Positions 48,460-61,705 are shown, counted from the stretch's first letter. The stretch is 64,000 nucleotides of DNA from Camelus dromedarius (GCF_036321535.1 NC_087437.1:114826001-114890000); one strand, 5' to 3'. Numbers and translations are program-made. The notes: generated by a model from the letters alone, not told the origin.

Positions 48460-50269
48460 AAAAGTGAGATTCTAGTCTAAGTCTTGCAGGATCTCTAATA
48501 CAAGAGATAGTCTGGTGGAGTTGAAAAACAAAAGGGCTTCTCCGGAGACTATGGTGAGAAAGAGAAACCCCTATTTTGACTAAAGAAAATATTTAAGTTA
48601 TGATCAGAAATATATTTGCCTAGAAATAAAAAGGGGTTTTCCCCCTTAAATATTCACAGCTGGCTCTCTGACCATATAAAGTTACCATGCTACCCAGTGA
48701 CTCAACTCCCAACATCTGTATTGGTGACTGACATAATGTATTAAGGGCTATCTAAGTCTTTGAGTCACGACACCCCTGTTTGATTAAGGTTTATTTTACT
48801 AGCACCAAGAGACTTACACATTTAACATCTGTGGTGCTGCTCCTGAAATTCCGAGCCATAAAACAAGTAAATTCAGCATGGTCTGAAATTTCAGAGCATA
48901 GCAACCAACTGCCCAGAAAACACATTCGGGAGGGCTGGTCGGTAATGGAGCGGGGCTTATCTCAAGCGGGACTGCACATCTGGCCGCACCTTCCCGGAGC
49001 AAGTGTGGGAAGAAGGAAGTGGGGGCGCCGGAGTCCAGCTGGACAGAGAGGGACGGGGTGGTCAGCCGGGGAGGGTGTCTGCTCTTTGCCCTGCAGTTGG
49101 GAAGGCGCTCCCAGTGCAGTTCACCTCTTAGGTACAGGATTGTTGAGATGGGGCACAACCCACTCAACGCCATGTATTGGGGCTGTGTTTGAAGATGCTC
49201 ACAGCTTACGATTGTGGACCCAGTTCCGTGTCCAGCACCAGGAAAAGTTCAGTAAGTCCTGCCTGTCTCTGGAGTATCACAGAGTCTTTAAAAATGATGG
49301 TTCCGTACATGTTGAACCATTATGGGAAAATACTGATGGTCAGACTCAGCCAGAGGCAAAGAGCAGAAGAACCTCGGGCAGCAGCAATATTATGGTAATA
49401 AACTGATAAGCCCTGACACGCACGCGCAGCCCAGGGCCAGAGCGGACGCAGGAAGAGATCAGTAGCTCAGCTCACCGGCGTGGAGCGTTTCTTTCAGAAA
49501 GTTTCTTCATTCTATTAATGGAAATGAACAATTTTATATCATATCAACAGAAGTTATACTAATGAAAATTAATCCTCTAAATACACAATCTCTGCTGTTT
49601 TAGAAATCCCAGAGTCCTGGGAGAGGCGGGGGAGTGGCGTATGAATACAACATCGGGTCAACCGTGGAAAGGGTTATGACGGAAACACAAGACAACCCCC
49701 TTGGGGAGCTGGAGCGAGAGCGTGAACTTCAAAGCTCTCTGACAAGTACAGGATGATAAAAACATATGGCTTCCGGACGACTCACATCTTCCCATGTGGC
49801 TTATGCCCAGAGGTCCTTCAGGCCACTCTTCCATCTGAATACACATCGTGGTTTAGGTGCAGGTGCATCAGAGAGAGATGGGGGTGACCAAATCACCATA
49901 GCACTATCCCACCAAGATGACACACAGGCTCCTTCCCACGTCTGACCAATGTCCTACGCCAGGAACAAGCAGCCTCTAATGTCTCTGCTATTGCCCGCCC
50001 CAGTGTCCCATTTTCACGATGCCACCCAGCCCTGGGTTCCTTCAAGCCATGGCCCATGTCCTCCCCTCTCTCCCGACACTTATATGTCAATAACATGGCA
50101 CAACTTCAGATGTGCTGGCTGCATCTTGCCAAAGCACAGCAAGAGGGAATGCCGTCCCCTTCCCCCGATGACAGAATTGGACCATCCCAAGCCAGGAAGC
50201 GTAGCAGGAATCTGTGATCATACTATTTAATTACAGCCACAGAAGTGTGATTTACGAAGGGGCAAAACA

Positions 50270-50660
50270 ATAGACTTTGTCCAAAAATAGGGCAGCAGTT
50301 AATTAAATTGCAGTACATCCATTCAGTGGAAAATCCCTTATCTGTTTTAAAAAATGACTTCATAAAGACGATGTGGTAATGGAAAAAAGCACATGGTATA
50401 AAACTGAGAAAAGATACTGTACAAAATTGTATATGCATTATGATTTATACATACACATCTAAATGTAAATGCATGGATAATCACAAGTCTTACTGTAGAA
50501 GAGAATTAATAGGAGCACTGGCAGGGAACAGAGCATCTCTCTAAGTAAGTGATTTAGATGGTTTTCAGAAGTGGTGGGATCATGGTTTTTTTTTTTTTTC
50601 CACTATTGTCCCAAATTTCTATGATGTCGTATATAACGTGTAATTGCAAAATCATCATCT
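50270..50660 (+). mobile_element. Old L1 (L1ME-like) 3' fragment
   Basis: gtccaaaaatagggcagcagttaattaaattgcagtacatccattcagtggaa. Confidence 0.5.
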
Positions 50661-51854
50661 GAGAGAGCATGAGTTTTGTTTTCTGGCAGAGACTTTCCAA
50701 AGTTGAAATGGACAAACTAAACTGCCCAGGTTTTGAGGGGCACATCTAGTAGCTAACCCACCCCGGTGGCCTGGCTGGAGGTGGAGGCAGGACAGCACAA
50801 AGGAGGCCAGACCGAGGTCTTCCCTCCTCGTGGAGAACAGGAACCCATCCACACTGCTACCCCTTCTCTTAGTGTTTTCCTGGGGAGGTAGGAAAGCATC
50901 ACAGCTGTGCTGTTCAGGGCTCTGGCTCCGCACTTAAGCGGATAGAAAAAAATGTATCAGAAAATCTCGGCGGAGTTTGTAAGTTCAAACAAACTTTGGC
51001 CACCTCTGTGCACAGATTGTTGGATGGGGGCTGTCCATCTCGGGGAGCCCACAGCTCAGGTTTTCAGCTTCATCCCAGAGGGCTAGCCCTGCACTTGCTC
51101 TGTTTTTGCCCTTGGAGCCCCAGAGCCCCGGAGATCCAGGGTCCAGCTGGAATCCAGCTGCTCCAGAGGACTTGTCCCAGGGCAGCCAGTGGAGAGAGTG
51201 GGAAATTGAGGACCAGAGTCAGGGCCAGGCAGTCCGCCACCTGCAGGGCATCCCAGCTCTCTCCTTGTATCATGTTAAACACAGAAATTAACTCACCCAG
51301 ACTGGACTCACTTCCAAAAAATGTCTCCACTGTGTTACATTTTTAATGTTGTGTCCCTGGCTTTGACCTTCTGTATGACAGAGGCAGCTCAATGAAGAAT
51401 GTCTCTGAATCATTTAAGAAGATGTTAAAGAAGCTTCCGATTACTCTGTTTGATGTCATTTGTCTAAGGATTCATGGGACAAATTATTTTCATAAATCTA
51501 GTGTGAGTAAAGTGTATGCTTCTTGAAGATAATTTTTTAAACTTTTTTTTTCATTTTTCCTTTGGCAGCCAGAAACTCAAAGTTAAAGCTCATGTTTAGT
51601 TACACTAACAACATTAATGTATGTTTATGGCATATTTGCTCCTCCCCTCCACCATCTTTCTACATGTTAAAAACATTTTTTCTTTTATTCAACAGACTTT
51701 CTATTTCATTGTAAATGGCCTTAAATTCATTCTAGGAGGAGACGGTTTATAAATAAACTTGCATAGCACCGTTTCTTGAGGAAATTGACCATTGACCCAG
51801 CTTCATATGTTAAACAAGGTTGTTAACATTGCTCAACCAAAAACAAATTCACAG

Positions 51855-52490
51855 TCAGGACAAATCCAGAACACAGCTTTCTATACAGCAACTGGAGCAG
51901 GCAGTTCAAAAGTCAAAGCCCTAACAAAACAAGGCTGAGAGACTTCTACATGAAAAGAGACAAAAAGACACAACAACCCACATGCTGACCTTTGATTGGA
52001 TCCTTGTTCAAGGAGACAAAAAAAAACAACCCAGCTATAAAAGATGTTTTTGATGCAATTGGGAAATTTGAATATGAACTGGATAGCAGATGAAAATTAA
52101 AGTAAATTTTAATAGGTGTGCTAATGGTATTGTGGATATATTGGAGAATGTTTTTCAGAGAGTGAAATATTTATTGTGAAGTGTCATGACTGTTTATAAT
52201 TTACCTTTAAATGGATAAGAAAAGCAAAACATATATGTGTGTATACATAGATATTATATATATATATATATCTATGTGTATAATATATATATAATATATT
52301 ATATATATTATATATATGTATAATGTATATATATAATATATATAATATGTATACACATAGATATTATATATATATATATATAATGCAGGGAGAGAACAAA
52401 TATGGCAAAATGTAAACAATTGCTAGATCCAGGAAACAGTTATTCATTGTACTGTTCTTTGATCTTTGCTGTGTGTTTGAAAACTTTCAC
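51855..52490 (+). mobile_element. L1MC-like 3'UTR fragment
   Basis: gacaaatccaga, tttgattggatcct, aattgggaaatttgaatatg, atggcaaaatgtaaacaattg. Confidence 0.65.
52230..52382. repeat. Complex (TA)n AT-rich repeat
   Basis: Directly visible. Confidence 0.95.
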
Positions 52491-54159
52491 AGTAGGTTGG
52501 GCAGAGGTATACAAAACTTCAGCATCTATAACGTAGATTGACCAAAGGTGTTTTAAACCTGATGGCAAGTCATTTTTTGGAACCCCAGGTGTACCTCAAA
52601 CTTAAATGACTAAGGCTGACATTACTGGGGTTCAAGGAACAGTCCTAAACTCAGCAAGAAAAAGGGAAAGCAACCACCGCCACCATGTCCCTCCGGGCTC
52701 AGTGCACCCACTCACCTGGGGCAGCTAGACTCGGCTGCCTCTCAGGTGGTACAGCAAGACACGCACACTGGAATTAGGATGCTTCAGTTCCAGAGAAGCC
52801 ACCTCTATTAAAATCTATTCCCGTAGTCTGCATGGGCACGTTCATTTCACATATGCAACCCAGCCAGTACCAGGATATGCACGGACTGCCTCCTATACCT
52901 GTGGAGATCACCCAGACCCAAACATATGCAGAAACAGAAGCAGTAGGAAGCCCCTGTCACCTGACCGCCAGCACCACTTCCAAAGCTGCAGAAGTCCCAG
53001 TTGTGTCCCTCCAGGTTCCACCTCCCGCACGGAGGCTGCTGACCAGTGAAACTCTCTGACTCAAGCTTTTAATGATAGATTTAGAGCGAGACATCTTACC
53101 TTGACCCTGCTCCAAACTACTGGCTGGGAAGTCTGTTGCCACTCACATCAATTTAAGGGAATGAAGCCGTGGATGGACATGAAATGACTTAGGTTTTACC
53201 ACAACGTCCTTTGGCAAGTTGGTTGTGAGTAGGCAAGATGTAGTTCAAGTGAGACATGTATCCCTTAAACGACGGTGACCGGGGAGTAAGAGAGAGGCAG
53301 ACAGAATTGACAGTTTGCTAATGGGGTGAGAGAAGAAGGGAAACAAGGGAGGCTCCTAGATTTCTGGTTTAAGCAAATCCTGACACCAATTAGGGAGGGG
53401 GGATGACTAGGAGTGGGCAGACTGGTGCAGAGAACACTGACATCAACAGAGTTTTTCATCTTCTGAAGAATACCTCATCCCTTTTGGTCAGTTAATCAAC
53501 CTGGTACTTGTTGAGGTTTACCATGCATTGAGCTCATCACATTTACCTTGACCATATATTTTTTTCAAAGATGATTTGAAAGGACTTGCATTTAAAGTCA
53601 CAAGTACAAAAAAACTATTGAAAAGGTGTGTGTGTGTGAAAGTACAAGAGCCAAGTAAATAAAGGATGGAAAGAATCATATGCAACTCTTAATTCGAAAA
53701 GAAGCTGCTATGATTGCAAGCACAAAACTTAGCTCTGAGCTTCCCAGCAGCCAAAGAAAAAAGGGAGAGGTGAATTTTGCAGAAGTGATTGTCTAATAAC
53801 AGGAAGCATGCTGGCTTGTGTGGAGAAATAAAACTGTTCTTACTCTCCACTTTGAAAGCATTTTGGTCACTCCAGAGCTTCTCTCCAGGCCAGTGATCAC
53901 TATGGCAAAAAAATTTTGTCAGTAACAGTTTAACACAAAATACAAAGGCCTTCTATATAAAACCTGAAAAAGACAGCTCAAATGCCCAGTAGAATGGACC
54001 ATAGGGGGCATTGGTCAAGGACACAGGTCTCTTTCTTTGGTTTTGTTTTTAATAGTGTCATTGTGATTGTTACCTTGATAGCCACTGATTTAACTACAGT
54101 TTCTTTTTGTCTTAGGATGTACATCTTTTGAGTATCTCTCTCTCTCTGTCTCTCTCAAG

Positions 54160-54160
<1 letters not shown>

Positions 54161-54215
<55 letters not shown>
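54161..54215 (+). repeat. (TG)27 microsatellite, preceded by (TC)n
   Basis: Directly visible. Confidence 0.97.
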
Positions 54216-54218
<3 letters not shown>

Positions 54219-54539
54219 CCATTTGAGAGTTAATTGCAGGCTTTCTAACACGTTCTAATAAACCTCACATACTCCCCCTCCCCCACCAGGAAAATTCTGA
54301 CTTCATTTGCTTTGGGAGAACAACTGTCACACAACAGACTTTCCAGACCTTGTTCACGTCACAGTGGAAATAAAGAATCATGAACTCCTTTGTTTCTGTC
54401 CTCTGCTCTGCTGACCCACGCTGTGACAGCCAGGGAGCCCCCTCTTACATCACAAGCTACTTTTTGGGAGACCCCGGGTACTGTTAAGCTCCTTGGGACC
54501 AGCCTGAACCAGATTCCAGTCTAAATTTCCGGAAGCTGG

Positions 54540-55130
54540 GAGAAAGAGCCCCCCAGTGCGCGGGATGAGCTGGAAGCACCCAGGAGGTGCCTGGGATGGC
54601 CAAGCCCCGGGGGCAACCCCGAACTCACCCCTCCTGGGCGGCTTCACAGCAGCTCATGGCAGCTCATGGGTCAGCAGCAGGGTTACAGCGGCACCCCGTT
54701 CCCTCCTCGAAAGCGGGTCGTGAGCCCCGGGGCAGCCCCGGAGCGCTGGGGCTTCAGTGGCCCGCGAGTGGCCCCGCACCGCGAGCGGAGCGGGATGAAT
54801 AATTGACTGATTGAGGCGGCGGAGTGGAATTACCGCTGCGGGCGGGTCTCACCGCAGCCCGCACCTGCCCTGCGCTGCCGCTGCCACCACCCCCTCCCTC
54901 CGGGAGCACCGCTCTCTTCCCACGACGCCCTTGCCAGCCTGGCCGAGCGCACTGCCTCCCGGCTGGGAACACATTTGCATACCGCATTTCAGGTTCAAAT
55001 GCGTGCGCATAACACAGAGGATTAATGAGCAACCTGGCGAGGTCCCCCTCTTGCCTGGCGGGAGAGGTGTGAAAGCCCAGCGGGCTGCGACACACCCCCA
55101 CCCCGAGGAAGGGCTGAGGGACCCGTCTGC
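54540..55130. promoter_or_regulatory. CpG island (orphan promoter/enhancer)
   Basis: Highest CpG density I can see in the window; octamer ATTTGCAT 54973-54980, NRF1-like TGCGTGCGCA 55000-55009, TAAT/ATTA cores. Confidence 0.7.
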
Positions 55131-55219
55131 TGGGGCTGGGGCTGCCCCTGGGGTGCAGGGAGCCCCAGTTTCCAAACCGAGGTGCTCAGAGTGCAACCGG
55201 TTGCTCCTCTATTCTCTGC

Positions 55220-55400
55220 CTTCTTTCATTCATGTTTTTCCCCAGCAGTCATTCATTGAGCATCTACCATGTGCCAGGGCTTGGGATGGGAGGAGGGGTA
55301 GCCTTAAACCAGACAAGCCCCTGCTCTCACGGAGCCTCCATTTGGTGGGGAAGGGGAGACAGACAATAAAGAATAACATGGGGGGGGGGGGGCGGGGAGT
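55220..55400 (-). mobile_element. LINE-2 3' end
   Basis: ttcattcat..cattgagcatctaccatgtgccagg..cctgctctcacggagc..agacagacaataaa. Confidence 0.75.
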
Positions 55401-55529
55401 GATAAGAGCTATTTACCCAGAAAGGGCAAGGAGAGCAAGGAAAGTGATGAGAAGTTATTCAAGACATTGAAGAGTTATTTCCCTCTAGCTCGTCTTAGAT
55501 TCTTACTATAACTTAATAACTATGGTGCT

Positions 55530-55740
55530 CTTTGCTGATAGCACATACTGAGCATTATAAGTGCTTTAGCATTTTTGCTTTATGAAATTGTCACAACAGC
55601 CTAATGACACAGATCTTATTGTGCCCATTTATAAAAGAGGACACTGAGGCAATGGATCCCAAGGCCACACAGCTACTACATGGTCAAGGAGGGACTTGAA
55701 CTCAGGCTAGTTGGCTCCAGGGCCCCACTCTGAAATGCTC
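55530..55740 (-). mobile_element. MIR SINE
   Basis: tcacaacagcctaatga..cccatttataaaagaggacactgaggc..cccaaggccacacagct..ggacttgaactcagg. Confidence 0.75.
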
Positions 55741-55746
55741 TGCCAA

Positions 55747-55751
<5 letters not shown>

Positions 55752-55826
<75 letters not shown>
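55752..55826 (+). repeat. (AC)37 microsatellite
   Basis: Directly visible. Confidence 0.97.
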
Positions 55827-55827
<1 letters not shown>

Positions 55828-58699
55828 TTCCCCCTCCTTTCCAAATATGTGATGAGGCCAAAAATAACCTAATATTCATAAAAGCATTTTGAAACATAAA
55901 GGGCCACCTCCATACATGGTGTTTCTCCTCCTTCTTGCCTAAATTTCTAGTTGATTCCTAAGAAGGCAAGAGAAGGCATGGTAATTGGGACCATTTACTA
56001 GGTGAGGAAACTAAATCCCCAAGCTGCCCGCAGACAGGTGGCCTGTGCCACCAGTTCCACCCACTATGCTGAGCTGCACCTGCTCTGGTGTGGTGCTAGT
56101 GGCCAGGTTTCAATGTGGGGACCCAGTGGGTGATACTCGAGAAGGCAGCAGTCACACCAGCTCCCTGCCCCTGCCAACCAAGTTTCCATTACAAGAGTGC
56201 TGCCTACCAGCCAGGTGGGCAGTGGGTGCCTTCCAGGAGCCAGTGGGAGAAGGGCAGGATCACATCTTGTCCTGGTCAGGTCCTCGCACTAGGCTGCCAT
56301 CCACCCCATTCATGAGGCGGGCAGTGTGAGGGTGGTTCTGCCCCTGAGTGCAGAACCAGGAATAAGCCAAGACTCCTCAGCAACCTGACGCTGTCCACAG
56401 GGCAGGTAAGGCTGGATTCTGGGCACCCTAGAAATCTTAGCCCCCAACATTAGAATGAAGTTCTCACAAGTCCCAGAAAGTCATCCCTGCTCCGACCACC
56501 TGACTGTTTCCATAGGAGGATTAAGAGGGGCTGGAATTGGGATTTGGAAGAAGCAGCAAATTTGAAGCTGGGGAGAATTTGAACTTTCCTGTGCATTAAC
56601 CACAGGCAGCTATCCCCTCCCCCTGGAGTGCACTCTCAGACGCCCAATAAGCCAAAACAAAATTTCTCCGTGTTTTATCCAAATATGCCATGGACTTTGG
56701 AATGAACTCATACTCTTCCTTCCTGCTGACCCAACTGCAAATCAGCTTTTGATGGGGTTGGACAGTTTGGAGAGATGGGCAGTGATCACACTGAAATATG
56801 ATGACAGGGTCAAGATTGTAAGGACATCCTCGAAGTAAGACATGTGCGTGGAGCAGCCATGTGAAAACAATTAGGACAATAAATTTACTAATTGCTGCAA
56901 GTAACTTAATAACGAAACCACAACGCTCTCTGCTATTAATCCTAGCTACTGCGCGGGTGCCAACTGCATTTTGCTTGCTGGAGGGATTGTAAATATCAGG
57001 CCGGCTCCGCAGTGTTTGTGGATATCAAGCAAAAAGGCTTGCATGGCTTTTGGTAATTGAAAAGTAAACGGCTCTCCAACCTCAAACCAATGCAAGGGGC
57101 CCTAGGGGTTTGAGGTATTTCTTAGACCGATGCAGAGAGAGAAAGGGAGGAGGCAGGGCCCTCTCGCCTGCTGTGACTCTCTCTTGCTTTTCAGCATATT
57201 TTGCACTTTCTCCATTTAAACTAGAGCAATGGGAATTACTTAGATTTTGGAGGCTTAGGAGCTGATTTTTAACAAGTGGAGATTCAAATGCCATATTTTA
57301 AAGAGGCTTGGCGTCTTAAGGTTGAAAGGATAGAAATGAGGTAACAAGGAGATTCATGGATCCATTCTTGGGTTGGGTAACGAGCCTTCAGTTTCTGGGT
57401 CCCCAAGTCTTTTGGGGGCTGCTTACTACTGATGGTTCTTCATCAGTAATTAGGTATTATGCCCTGATATCAGGAGTAAATGCAGTGTGTTTGGAGCAGA
57501 AAAGGACCCTTATTCGCACAGAAAAGCAAAGACAACCTTCAAATACATCACCTTCAGTAACACACCAATACATGAAGGACTGCAAGTTCCCTAAGTAGGT
57601 GGGCTCTTTGAGCCTACGTTTCTCTTGAAGTTGCGCAAGTCTTCAAGGATTTCGGATCATTCAAGTTTCATTTTTTTTTCCTCTCTGAAATACTCAGAAA
57701 AAATAGGCCAAAGTGCATCTATATATTTTGAAATCTGTTTGTATCTACCTCCACCCTGTATTGGACCACATCTCAAGGGGAAGTTGCATTTACAAAAGTT
57801 GGGGGTTGTGTTGGTACTTTATTGTGATGTTTTTATCATTGCAATGAGCAGGTTCACTATTTTTCTTCCCATTAAAATGAAAATAGCCTGAAATTTCAGA
57901 GTTTTAAAGACCGAGTTTGGAACATCCCCAGGAGATGTTCAGATAGCCCTGCTGGGAGGCTGAGTGGAGGAGGGGTGAGAGGGGGCACCTGAACTCTTCT
58001 TACACGTCTGACCTGAGGATGATCAGTTTTTCCAAGAGGCCTTAAGCCCTACCTCCAGCTGCAAGAGAGAAAGCCAGTGAGGTTGGCCCAAATGGGCTCC
58101 CCTGAACAGCTGCCTTCCAGGAAAGTCAGAGGTTACAACTTTGGACTTACTAAAAGCTTGGAGAAAAATAGTATTTCTGAGGACATCCAACCTCTAGCTA
58201 CTTTGAAGTTTATTTTTGGACTAATTCAGATCTTTAGAGACCTGCATGTGGGACTGCATTGTTTTCCTTCCTTATAGAATTACTTCTACTAAATTGCACA
58301 TTAATTTCATCTCACTGGCCCACTTCTAAAGACTACTCGGTAAGAAAACAAATTCTCAGGCCCCATCCTAGAGTCTGATTCAGCATTTCCACGGAAGCTT
58401 GAGAAAAGCTGTAACTCTGTTGATTCTTGGAGTCAGTGCAATTGTCCCAGAACATTTCTTGCAGGTTTCATCATTAGGAAGAGCTATGCTTGTTCCGAGC
58501 AACTGGTTTATTTCCTATCACCAGACTCTGTTGCTTCTGACTGATCATGTTATGTTTTTGAGTTGACTGCAGGAATTTCAGATTCAAATCCACCCCTAGC
58601 AAAAAAGACAAGATTTTACTTAGCACATAGACTTTAAGTTCATCTTCTAATTTCTGCCTTCGCTTCCTTCTCTCACACTGTCCTTAAAATATGCACTTA

Positions 58700-58810
58700 T
58701 CTTTTTTATTATGAGAAATTTCAGACATACACAAGAACAGTAAGTGTATTGTAATGGACCCTCATATATCCATCACCAAGCTTCAATAATTTTCAACTTA
58801 GAGTCAGTCT
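58700..58810 (-). mobile_element. Old L1 3' end fragment
   Basis: ttttattatgagaaatttcagacatacacaa..aatggaccctcatatatccatcacc. Confidence 0.55.
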
Positions 58811-58913
58811 TTAATATTTATTTTCACTTGTGCTGGAGTCTTGAATCTTTGTAAGTCCCTCAAATCCTTTTTCGAATGAGATGGAGAGTACATTCTAAAT
58901 AACCACAGTAAGT

Positions 58914-59127
58914 CAGTGGTTCTCATATGGAGGTGATTTTGTGCCCCACCTCCTGCCCCCGCTTTGAGGACATTTGGAAATATCTAGGGACATTTTTGGT
59001 TGTCACGACTGGGCGGAGGGCAGTGTTGCATTGACGTATAATGTATAGAGTTGGGATGAGCAGGACAGCCTCCGCAGCAGAGTGATCCAGCCCCAAGCGC
59101 CCGTAGTACCAAGGCTGAGAAAACTTA
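58914..59127. mobile_element. MER20 hAT-Charlie MITE
   Basis: cagtggttctca..ggtgattttg..ggacatttggaaatatctagggacatttttggttgtcacgactggg..aaggctgagaaa. Confidence 0.85.
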
Positions 59128-59502
59128 TGCTAAATGAAAAGTATTTTTCAAGCTAGAATATTCCCAGGAAGTTGAGTTAGAATAAAGCAAAAACTGTATT
59201 TTCAAGTTGAAAACTACTCTAAATACTGTAGGTTTGGTGGTTTATCATATATTCATGGTACATGTGTTAGAACACCAGTGAGAAACTGGTTCACAGAGGT
59301 TGTGTCTGGGGAGTGGGGCTGGCTGGTTAGAGGACGGGGTAGGATAAAGATTTGCTTTATACTATGTATATGTTCATGTCTTTTATATTTTATTATGTAT
59401 GCTTGTCTTACCTGTTTGAAATAGTACATTTGCATAATATGGAATACATGACTATTTTTCAAAGGATCAGAAAACACAAAATTCATATTAAAAAGAGCTT
59501 TT

Positions 59503-60080
59503 ACAACCTAAATGTCCATCAACAGACACACACACACATATATACACACCACATATATATATCACATATATAAAAAATGTAACATATATATACACACACA
59601 CACATACACACAATGGAATACCACTCAGCCATAAAAAAGAATGAAATAATGCCATTTGCAGCAACATGTTTGGACCTGGAGATGATCATACTAGATGAAG
59701 TAATTCAGACAGAGAAAGACAAATACTGTATGATATCACTTATATGTGGAATCTAAAAAATGACACAAATGAACTTATTTATAATATAGAAAGAGACTCA
59801 CAGACATAGAAAGCAACCTTACGGTTGCCAAAGGAGAAAAATGGGGGAAGGATAAGTTAGGAGCTTGGGATTAGCAAATACACACTACTGTGTATAAAAT
59901 AGATAAACAACAAGGCTCTATGGTGTAGCACAGGGAACTATATTCAATATCTTGTAATAACCTATAATGAAAAAGAATCTTAAAAAGAATATGTATGATT
60001 GAATCACTCTGCTGTACACCAGAAACTAACACAACGTTGTAAATCAACTATACTTCAATTTAAAAAAAAAAAAAAAAAAA
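59503..60080 (+). mobile_element. Relatively young 5'-truncated LINE-1 3' end with A19 tail
   Basis: caacctaaatgtccatcaacaga..tgccatttgcagcaacatg..atcacttatatgtggaatctaaaaaa..aaatcaactatacttcaattt + polyA. Confidence 0.95.
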
Positions 60081-61439
60081 GCCTTTAAAATGGTTGTGAC
60101 CAAAAAGAGCCTTCCAAAAGGGCTTTCCGGACACTATGAGCCTGTCAGACACCAGCACGACTCAGCAGAGCCCAGGGCCATTAAGTGAATCAGAAACACG
60201 TGGAGGGGCGGCCATCAGGTCCTGGCATGATGGATCAATTGTGGGAGAGCAAAGTTCAATGAGATGGTCCCCATACCAAGCCTCTGACACTAATGAGCCC
60301 TCAATTCAGGGAGTGGGTCTCCAGGGCAAGCGGGGAGGGGTGGGGGCAACCTGCAGCCTTGCCCGATGGCAGGGCAGGCAGGGAACGGCCCTAAACCCAG
60401 GCTGAGTCCTACCCCTGCTAGCCAGTGGCCATGTGCCCCCAGGAAGTGACTCTCCCTCAGCCTGACCTTCCAGAGGCGACAGCTGTGATGAGTTGTACGT
60501 GGTGATGGACGTGAGGTGCACTCCTCGCTTGTTTCAGAGAGAACTGTTCTCACCTTCCTGGCTGTGGTGACCCCGGACTGCGTTGGAGGCCCCTTCTCTG
60601 GACTCCTATAATGCCCTAGACATATTCCAGTTGCTCAGAGATGGTGACCTTATGTCTGGTGCCCAACGAGGTTACAAGCCTCCTTAGAGCCGGACCGTGG
60701 GGTTTTTTCCCTTCCTTTTAATCCCAAACCATGTGCACTGCCTCAGTTATCAAGGTGCTCAGTAAATGTCTACAGAATGGGCTTCCCACTTTATTACCTG
60801 TCATCATGCCTAGAGGGTTAATTTTTGGTGATTTAAAAAAAAAAAACTGTCCATCCTACCACAGTTTCTGTCAGCATGAGAAGTGGAGACTGAAAGAAGG
60901 GGGGTTTGCTTCAAGCAAGACTTTTCTATTCCTTCAGGTGTTCATTAAACACACACACACACACCCCTCTCAGCTACCAGGAATTCTTGTCGAAGCCAAA
61001 AGTGGCAAAAGTGTAAGAAAAGGCTGTAAAATGAGAAAGATGTATTTGGTGTTGAAAAGTGAATTGATGAGGAGAAGTAACGTGGGCTCCCGGGTAAGAC
61101 GAGCTGCCCTGGAGACACAGGGGGCCCAGCCGGAGCCAGAGACCCCTGACAGGTGTGCGGGCCTCCCCGGGAGACCCACGCAGAGGCCTGGGAGGACATT
61201 TTTCCTTCACTCGCTTCCTACGCAGACCAAACCTCCCCCCACAGAGGAAGGGCAGGCGGGGCGGGGATCTCTTCTGGGGGTCATACCAGCCACGAGCTGA
61301 GTGGGGAAAGGAGGGGCTGTTCTCAGAAACTCCGGTCAGCCACACAGCTGCTTTTCAGTGTGGGTTCTAGGCTCTTGTGGCTGCCAGGGGGACTCACCTG
61401 CGCCAGGTAAGGATGCAGGAGCCAAGGATGACCTGAACC

Positions 61440-61705
61440 TCTCCTCTTTCAGGTCATCACTCAAGTGTCACCTTCTCAAGGAGCCCTCCGCTGGCCAGCT
61501 GCCCACCTGCAACCCCTTCCTGCCTCGTCGGGCGCACACCATCCCTCCCCGCCACGCTTAATCGCTCCCCTGGACACGATGGTCCCCAAAGCCCATGCAT
61601 TGCGCTCCCTCCCGGGCTGTAAACACTGCTCTGTCCCCAGCATCCAGGACGCTGCCTGGCAGGTGTGAACTAGGTTTCTACTGAACAGCTGCAAGAGTGA
61701 ATAAA
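61440..61705 (+). mobile_element. LINE-2 3' fragment
   Basis: ttcaggtc..ctcaagtgtcaccttctcaaggagcc..ctgtccccagcatccaggac..tgcctggca. Confidence 0.55.

Noticed and set aside
48780..49406. 208-aa ORF
   Set aside because: Non-ATG start, no recognisable protein or exon structure
54811..55470. 219-aa ORF from the CpG island
   Set aside because: Stop-poor GC-rich DNA running into an L2 repeat
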